From a virus (taxonomy: Duplodnaviria; Caudoviricetes): a stretch of 64,000 nt of DNA. Below the pieces are notes generated by a model. That model was not told the origin of the DNA. It made no database searches and was given only the letters and a program-made list of their open reading frames with translations. Location: positions 500 through 64,499 of IMG/VR virus record IMGVR_UViG_3300038849_000072. One strand, 5' to 3'. The position numbers and the translations under genes are program-made. Positions 58,418 to 64,000 of this stretch are shown piece by piece (within the stretch, counting starts at the first letter, position 1; every line of letters begins with the position of its first letter).

Positions 58418-59557
58418 TTAACTTCCTGAACCGTTTGAAGCGACTGCAAAGCGCCAATCCTTCTGACATCCGCCGAATACGTGAGTGACCTTGTATTCAA
58501 ATGAACGGCTGTCAAAGTCGCCGATTGCGGCCTCTACTCCGCCCATTACCTCAGCATCTGCCTTCTTCTTCAGGACAAGTGGCTGATCTCCGATACCTCT
58601 GAGGAATCCTATCTCAAACGCTCCTCTTCCCTGGTTTGGATCTCCGAGTAAGAACCATGACTCATCGTCCGGCCCGTCTGCAGTGACGATGTTTGGAAGC
58701 CAGTCGAGTACACAGAGCTGGAGACCTCCGAACCGGTTGGAGTTCTGCAGAGTGAAACCTACCTGCTTACTGTTTGCAGTGTTCAGGTTGGCAAACATCA
58801 GGTTTGATGCACCTAACAGATCCTTTGCAGTCTCTTCAAGTGCTGGAGCCACTGCGAGGATTGCCGGAGTGGTGTTCATCGGACTTCCGTCAGGTTTTCT
58901 GATTGCCCGGAATGCCTTTACACCTGCACGTAACCCGTCTGCATTGAGCTTGTTGGTAATCAGGTTTACCTGTCCGGATTCTGATTTGAAGAAACTTGCG
59001 TGCGGACCTGCTGCATCGACAAGCAGAGAAGTAGCGAATCTCTCCACAGTGTTCTTTGCGTCCTGTCCGAGAGTTGACGGGAGAGACTGGAATGCGTTCA
59101 GATCATCGTTTACGAGCATCTCCCATGAGAATTTCATTGATTCCTCATAGGTTTCAACTGCGTAGTAGTATCTGCCTTCTTCTGGAACCGGGATCTCTGG
59201 ACCCTTCTGTCCTTCCTTGACTTTCTCAAGCAGGTTACCAGTGTTCAGATACTTCAGGTACTGAGTTCTGAAATCACGGACGTTTCGATTGATATAACAC
59301 CAAGTCTGATAGGTGGATGGTGCCTCATTGTATGCTCCGAGAAGTCTGGAGCTGAGGTTATCCCCTAACAGGATTGGGAAGTCAGACGTTCCCATTGCTT
59401 CTGAAAGCAGATGAGATGGCATTTTGCCGTTCACAACACCGTTAATGAGGTTGTTTGCTTCTGCGAGTGCCTTTCTATATCCGGGATCGTCCATCCGTCC
59501 CTTTTTGATAAGCCCTGCAGAGTTATACGATTCCATTAACGCTGAAAAGTTTTTCAT
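58418..59557 (-). CDS. Major capsid protein (HK97 fold, Mu gpT-like)
   Basis: TSDFPILL...LL.AY...DF..., FSWEMLVNDDL.AF..LP..LG..A, L.V.PALE..A. Confidence 0.85.
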   Translation of the reverse strand: MKNFSALMESYNSAGLIKKGRMDDPGYRKALAEANNLINGVVNGKMPSHLLSEAMGTSDFPILLGDNLSSRLLGAYNEAPSTYQTWCYINRNVRDFRTQYLKYLNTGNLLEKVKEGQKGPEIPVPEEGRYYYAVETYEESMKFSWEMLVNDDLNAFQSLPSTLGQDAKNTVERFATSLLVDAAGPHASFFKSESGQVNLITNKLNADGLRAGVKAFRAIRKPDGSPMNTTPAILAVAPALEETAKDLLGASNLMFANLNTANSKQVGFTLQNSNRFGGLQLCVLDWLPNIVTADGPDDESWFLLGDPNQGRGAFEIGFLRGIGDQPLVLKKKADAEVMGGVEAAIGDFDSRSFEYKVTHVFGGCQKDWRFAVASNGSGS

Positions 59558-59571
59558 TTTCTATATCCCCC

Positions 59572-59931
59572 TTAAATCGCAGCCTTCAGGATATTCACGG
59601 TTGCATTACCGGAATCGTCGACTACTCCGAGAACATACCCGCAGAACGGATTCCCAGAACTATCCCCGGTGATCGGGTTTGCTGAATCGTCAAAGTAGAC
59701 TTTTGAGCCCGCTGCAAGATCGGTGCCTCCTCCGAGGACAAGCCCCTTAATCTCCCGCTGATTGAAGTCTACGAGAGTATATCCGCTTGCATCTTCATCC
59801 TGCAGAGCATACCCCACCATATCTCCAACACGGACGATATCACCGGCCTTAGGTGCAGAGGGATAGGATACAACAACGTTCTGAATGAGTGCCGGGTTTC
59901 CGTCCCTGACTGGCATATATTTTCGAGTCAT
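59572..59931 (-). CDS. Capsid cement/decoration protein (DUF2190-like)
   Basis: 119 aa, beta-rich, AG.IV.VG...G.A...G.KVYFD; immediately upstream of the MCP gene. Confidence 0.65.
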   Translation of the reverse strand: MTRKYMPVRDGNPALIQNVVVSYPSAPKAGDIVRVGDMVGYALQDEDASGYTLVDFNQREIKGLVLGGGTDLAAGSKVYFDDSANPITGDSSGNPFCGYVLGVVDDSGNATVNILKAAI

Positions 59932-59933
59932 GT

Positions 59934-61094
59934 TTAGAGCCTCCGAACAATCTCTTTGGCAGTCTCTTCACTCATGCCAGAATCAACATACGACTGAATG
60001 AGCGCCTTATCTGCCTCTTCCATAGTCGTGGTAGTTGGTTCTGGAGTGGTTGAACCCATGCCTTTGACAGTGCCCTTAGATCCGGTGAGAGACTTTGCAT
60101 AGGTGATTTCAGATTCGATGAATGCCTTGAGTGACTCTACATCGAGTTTGCCTTCGATCATCTTCGCGTTCTGAACTGCTGCAGTTTTAATCCGCTCTTT
60201 TGCGAGTTCAGGGACTTCTGATTTCTCAATCAGTTCTGATGCAAATCCGGCCGCTTCTGCGAGGATGTTCTTTTCCTGCTCTTTTGCCAGTGATTCTTTG
60301 AGATTGGTATTCTCTGCTTCAATTGCAGTTATCTGTGCTTTGAGAGTATCGTTCTCTCTCATAAGAGTCTGGTTCGCCTTTTCGGCTTCCCTCATTGACT
60401 CAATCCGTGCGAGCCAGTCCCCCCGTGATTCAGTTACAATCTCAGGTGAGATTTGGCCACTTTCCTTGATTTCAGCCATTTTTGTATTCCCTTGAGTCTC
60501 ACTGATTTGTAACTCGTGAGTCTCATCGTCCGAATTGACGCCCGTATTTACCCAGGACTCGTATATTGCCCCGATAGAGCCTTTGGCTCCCGGCTGTGTC
60601 ACGAAATCAACTGATAATACTGCATCAATGCTTTCGACAATCGGCCCTGTTTTGCCGCCTGCTTCACCTATCCGGGTTTTTCCTAATACAAAGTGACTGA
60701 CACCAATTACCGGTGCAGCCTCTTTGATAAAATCAGCATAGTTTGGCAATGCTTTTGCAGTCTGGTAAAGCCCCGGCCCATAAATCCCGTTATCCTGCCA
60801 TGTTGCCTGATCTTCTATGAAGTATGCAGCCAACTGGTTCAGATCCCTCTCGGGCCGTTCTTTGAGTTCAGCCCTTGAAGCGTGATTTATGAACATCTTC
60901 GTGCCGGATTTGTATAATCCGGCTGATTTAGTCAGGATCTTTTTTGAATAAAATCCTGAACTCCCCCATCCTTCTGCAATGATTCTGACCGGAAAAGTGC
61001 CGTCTGAGTTAAAAGCAGACTCTGATAGCGGGCAGGATGCATCGCTCGTCAGCGTGCGCTGAGTCATCACGGAATCTAGCCCTGACTCTGTCAT
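59934..61094 (-). CDS. Prohead protease/scaffold
   Basis: VRII.EGWGSSG.YS...H..., VGVSH, SVDFVT.PGA.G followed by a coiled-coil scaffold region. Confidence 0.8.
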   Translation of the reverse strand: MTESGLDSVMTQRTLTSDASCPLSESAFNSDGTFPVRIIAEGWGSSGFYSKKILTKSAGLYKSGTKMFINHASRAELKERPERDLNQLAAYFIEDQATWQDNGIYGPGLYQTAKALPNYADFIKEAAPVIGVSHFVLGKTRIGEAGGKTGPIVESIDAVLSVDFVTQPGAKGSIGAIYESWVNTGVNSDDETHELQISETQGNTKMAEIKESGQISPEIVTESRGDWLARIESMREAEKANQTLMRENDTLKAQITAIEAENTNLKESLAKEQEKNILAEAAGFASELIEKSEVPELAKERIKTAAVQNAKMIEGKLDVESLKAFIESEITYAKSLTGSKGTVKGMGSTTPEPTTTTMEEADKALIQSYVDSGMSEETAKEIVRRL

Positions 61095-61107
61095 ATACGA
61101 ATATACT

Positions 61108-61136
61108 AAAAATAGGAGTTATAAACGGCAGGAAAT
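61108..61136 (-). promoter_or_regulatory. Late promoter motif, copy C (capsid operon)
   Basis: AAAAATAGGAGTTATAAACGGCAGGAAAT; core ends 25 nt before the ATG. Confidence 0.75.
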
Positions 61137-61146
61137 AATTAGTGCA

Positions 61147-61416
61147 TTGAAAACAGATTATACTGGTATGATCCCGCCGGTTAGTGTGAGGGAGATAAGA
61201 TCCTGTGAGTCATGCCATGCCTGCAATCAGGATTGTGATTATGGTTGTAATTGTGGATTGGATGAGTTGTTTGTAACCAGAAATGATAGTGATTCTCACT
61301 GGCATGATTCATCTTCTCATGTTAATATCACTTTGAATATCCCTATTCTACCTTGTAAATATCATTTAACAGACGATGAATACATAGAACTGATTGATTC
61401 CGGAGTGGTTGAATGA
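61147..61416 (+). CDS. Cys-rich microprotein, MIPP family member 3 (likely ATG at 61168)
   Basis: MIPPVSVREIRSCESC...PCKYHLTDDEYIELIDSGV. Confidence 0.7.
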   Translation: MKTDYTGMIPPVSVREIRSCESCHACNQDCDYGCNCGLDELFVTRNDSDSHWHDSSSHVNITLNIPILPCKYHLTDDEYIELIDSGVVE

Positions 61417-61604
61417 TCCCACCAATTGAAGAAAGAGCATTTAGGACGTGTTCAGATTGTATATTCTCATATGAGACACATATGGGAGATACTGAATGCA
61501 AACTACAGATAGATGTGCTAAAAAGATATGTTCTGGGCAAATCCTGTATTTATAATTACGAAATTGACGAAATGAAAGAACTACTTGATAATCTTGAAAA
61601 ATAG
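61413..61604 (+). CDS. Cys-rich microprotein, MIPP family member 4
   Basis: MIPPIEERAFRTCSDC...C...SCIYNYEIDEMKELLD. Confidence 0.7.
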   Translation: MIPPIEERAFRTCSDCIFSYETHMGDTECKLQIDVLKRYVLGKSCIYNYEIDEMKELLDNLEK

Positions 61605-61606
61605 AG

Positions 61607-61840
61607 TTAATCAGAGAATAACAGACTCACATCAATCTTTTTGCTCAATTCGTCTCTGATTTCAAACCTGATACCATTGTCACCGGGATACGGTTTCCTG
61701 TGATCGAATGGAGGAGTATTCTTACCCAGATCTGAATACCTAAGATCATCAGGTATACCGTCTCGGAATGCGTCGCAAGACCGCCCGTCGGCGTGCATGT
61801 GTTTACAAAAAATACAGTTTCCTTGTCGTGGCTGTGTCAT
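61607..61840 (-). CDS. Small Cys-containing protein downstream of MuF
   Basis: CIFCKH...CDAF.DGIP...DHRKPYPGDNGIRFE. Confidence 0.65.
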   Translation of the reverse strand: MTQPRQGNCIFCKHMHADGRSCDAFRDGIPDDLRYSDLGKNTPPFDHRKPYPGDNGIRFEIRDELSKKIDVSLLFSD

Positions 61841-61846
61841 AAAAAA

Positions 61847-63040
61847 TTATTTCTTTGGTTTCTTCATACGTTTCTTTGGTAAAAGTTCTGGTTCTGTTTT
61901 AACTCTACCAACCGGCATTGGTTCTCCAGGGATGTATAAGTCCACAGGTTCATCATAGATTTGTTTCACTGCAGTCGGTGCAGTTTTTGTCGTTACTAAA
62001 TCATCAGTTTTCTTAATTAGTTGATTTATCTGGTTTATTCTATCATCAATTTGAGGTTTCGGTTTCTTTGGCTTATCTGGCAATGGTTTATCATACCCGT
62101 TCTTGTATTTCGGATTCGGTTTTACAATTACTCTATCCCCCTGCCGGGTAACAATCCACCGATCATCAGGTAGCCCTGAACGCTCTTTCCTGTCTCCAAC
62201 CCTTGAACCAGTACCACACCTGCAACCGGGGAACCGTGGCGGGAATTGGTGCCCTGACGGGAATGCTTCACGGCTATCAATCCATGATGCAGCACCATTC
62301 TCAATACATCCGTCAGATACCCGAGCATCACCCATATTCATCCATCGCTTGAGCATCTGCCATCCTTTCGCCTCCATCTTGTCTCTAGCTAACTGCTTTG
62401 ATGTCTCCCCGGCTTCCCTCAGCTCTGTTACTGCTACAAGATGTGCCCGGTTACGAATATGACTCGGGCCTTTGACAGGTGCCCCAAAATCCTTGAACTT
62501 GTCTTTAATCTCTTTGGCTATCTGCTGATGAGTCTTGTATTTGGTTGTGCCGTCCGGTTGAAGCTCACCTTTGAACCCTTTGGCGATAATCTCCCGGATG
62601 TCTTTCTTCGTGGTATCATCTATCTGTGAGATCTTTTTTCCAGCGTTTTGCTCAATATGTTTGTATGCCTCCTCATCAAAGTCATCAAAAGAGATTTTAG
62701 TACCTATCGTCCTCGGCTTTGCTGCTTCTTCAAGCGGTATGGATAACTCGTTCTCAAGTGCCCGTAAACAAGTATACGCTGCTCTTCGTTTGTGCTTTAG
62801 GAGTAGGTCTCTGAACTCCAGGTATGTTTCAAGCTGAGTACGATCCCAGGCACGCTGAAAGTCATCCTCGTCAAACTCTTCAGGCAGGTATTGGAGCAAT
62901 ATGTTTCCCTGGTGCCGGAAGAACCGGGCCATATCATTTGCCATAGACTTCTCGAGAGAGACCATGGCGATCTCTCCCTGCCTGAACGCTTTCAGCCGTT
63001 GGTATTCGGCTGTTGCTTCAAGAAACGGAATCAGTATCAT
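61847..63040 (-). CDS. Head morphogenesis protein (SPP1 gp7/MuF)
   Basis: I..IDDTT...I, RA.LVAVTE..., K.W...D.RV...C..NG...FP.G...PP..P.CRC. Confidence 0.85.
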   Translation of the reverse strand: MILIPFLEATAEYQRLKAFRQGEIAMVSLEKSMANDMARFFRHQGNILLQYLPEEFDEDDFQRAWDRTQLETYLEFRDLLLKHKRRAAYTCLRALENELSIPLEEAAKPRTIGTKISFDDFDEEAYKHIEQNAGKKISQIDDTTKKDIREIIAKGFKGELQPDGTTKYKTHQQIAKEIKDKFKDFGAPVKGPSHIRNRAHLVAVTELREAGETSKQLARDKMEAKGWQMLKRWMNMGDARVSDGCIENGAASWIDSREAFPSGHQFPPRFPGCRCGTGSRVGDRKERSGLPDDRWIVTRQGDRVIVKPNPKYKNGYDKPLPDKPKKPKPQIDDRINQINQLIKKTDDLVTTKTAPTAVKQIYDEPVDLYIPGEPMPVGRVKTEPELLPKKRMKKPKK

Positions 63041-64000
63041 TTAGTGATTCCTGAATCTTGTTTAGTGTCTTTGCTATCTCTCTATCCAGGGACTCCCATG
63101 TGTCTTCAACTGGTTCATCCTGTGGATCATCCTCCTCCTGTCCCGCCTTGTTCAGGCGCTGCATAACTATCTCATCGGTTGGAAACAGTTTTGCGAGGAG
63201 ATCATCTGCATCGTCGAGTTTCAGGATCCGGAGTAGTAACCGGGTGATGGTTTTCATATCCATCGTCCCTGCAAGTTCTCTCCCGTCTAACGTCGCTGCA
63301 TGGATGATTGCCAGTATCTGTTCATTTACGTCGTGTTCTACGATGTCAGGGAACGTAACGGAAACTTTACGGGATATGCCCCCGGATAAGACGATCTGTT
63401 CTTCTCCATACTCATCTTCGATGATATCGCCCTGCAGGATCCCATGTGGCGCTTTGACTGACTGATCAATAACATACTGACAGATGTCCTGTAAGATGTC
63501 TGACCATAGTCTCTGCCGGTCCATGAACTGAAGCTCAGACGGCCTTTCTAAACTTTTACTTGTCGCGAGGTTTGCGGTACTTGGATCGGCTGCTAGTAGT
63601 TGCTCTGGTATGCCTACTGCAGAGCCCACCATCAGTATGTATCGCCGTGAATCGTCTACATCAGTCGTTGCTCCGCTGAACTTATACGGCTGGAGTTGTG
63701 TGTTTTGGTTGCCTACAAAGATACCTGCACTTGCGTAATCACCGTTGCTGTCAGGTGTAAGCATCGCCTCCAATCCGGTTTTGGCTGCTGCAACCGCACT
63801 AGCCCCGCCCTTAACCGTGGCGTTCCAGGCAAAACGACTGTAAGCTTTTACCAGCTTGAGCCAGTCCTCTAAGAACTCTTTGTATCCTCTGCTCCAGTCT
63901 ATAGCACAATATACCTCAGAGACTCCCCACAACATATCAGATAATGAATTGGTTTTGATATGCAGCACGGGTATATCCCAGTTCACTGTCATCCCGTCAA
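63018..64000 (-). CDS. Portal protein, C-terminal part (runs off the window end)
   Basis: Frame open to 64000; GVSEVY.A.DW...Y.EFL, VGIPE..L.ADPST.NLAT..SL.RP; upstream of MuF. Confidence 0.85.
   Translation of the reverse strand, partial: DGMTVNWDIPVLHIKTNSLSDMLWGVSEVYCAIDWSRGYKEFLEDWLKLVKAYSRFAWNATVKGGASAVAAAKTGLEAMLTPDSNGDYASAGIFVGNQNTQLQPYKFSGATTDVDDSRRYILMVGSAVGIPEQLLAADPSTANLATSKSLERPSELQFMDRQRLWSDILQDICQYVIDQSVKAPHGILQGDIIEDEYGEEQIVLSGGISRKVSVTFPDIVEHDVNEQILAIIHAATLDGRELAGTMDMKTITRLLLRILKLDDADDLLAKLFPTDEIVMQRLNKAGQEEDDPQDEPVEDTWESLDREIAKTLNKIQESLNDTDSVS

Noticed and set aside
1-64000. CRISPR array, diversity-generating retroelement or tRNA genes
   Set aside because: By eye I found no regularly spaced repeat-spacer array, no reverse-transcriptase motifs or TR/VR pair, and no tRNA cloverleaf. 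tRNAscan-SE and a CRISPR finder would be the formal check.

Overview
This window is almost the whole genome of a temperate archaeal head-tail (siphovirus-type) virus. The host is probably a Methanomicrobiales-type methanogen; this is inferred from archaeal-type MCM, Hef, ThyA, a mini-NrdD, TATA-type promoters and GAGGTG ribosome sites. The window appears to be cut inside the portal gene: its N-terminus is at 1-200 and its C-terminal part at 63018-64000. Layout: (i) an accessory island between terminase and portal with ibrAB-like genes and small Cys-rich ORFs (0.2-5.8 kb); (ii) terminase plus a membrane/lysis-like block containing a highly structured non-coding stretch (5.9-11.2 kb); (iii) a leftward replication and nucleotide module with resolvase, ThyA, Dcd, MCM and a candidate origin palindrome (11-22.8 kb); (iv) a rightward early arm with DUF5131 radical SAM, a TcmP-nuclease fusion, mini-NrdD, a GT47-like protein, glutaredoxin, HAD, ASCH, Hef and an antirepressor (23-38 kb); (v) a tyrosine integrase with an upstream long inverted repeat; (vi) tail and head modules (39.6-64 kb) interrupted by two insertions. 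Most notable: a TcmP-nuclease fusion coupled to DUF5131, a stand-alone NrdD glycyl-radical domain, a 4-member shuffled family of Cys-rich microproteins, a 29-bp late-promoter motif in 4-5 copies, four ribbon-helix-helix modules each with a distinct operator, a candidate ~300-nt structured RNA, a canonical -1 frameshift site in the tail chaperone, and a tail protein with four tandem Dit-like domains. All family assignments come from motif recognition by eye; no database searches were run.
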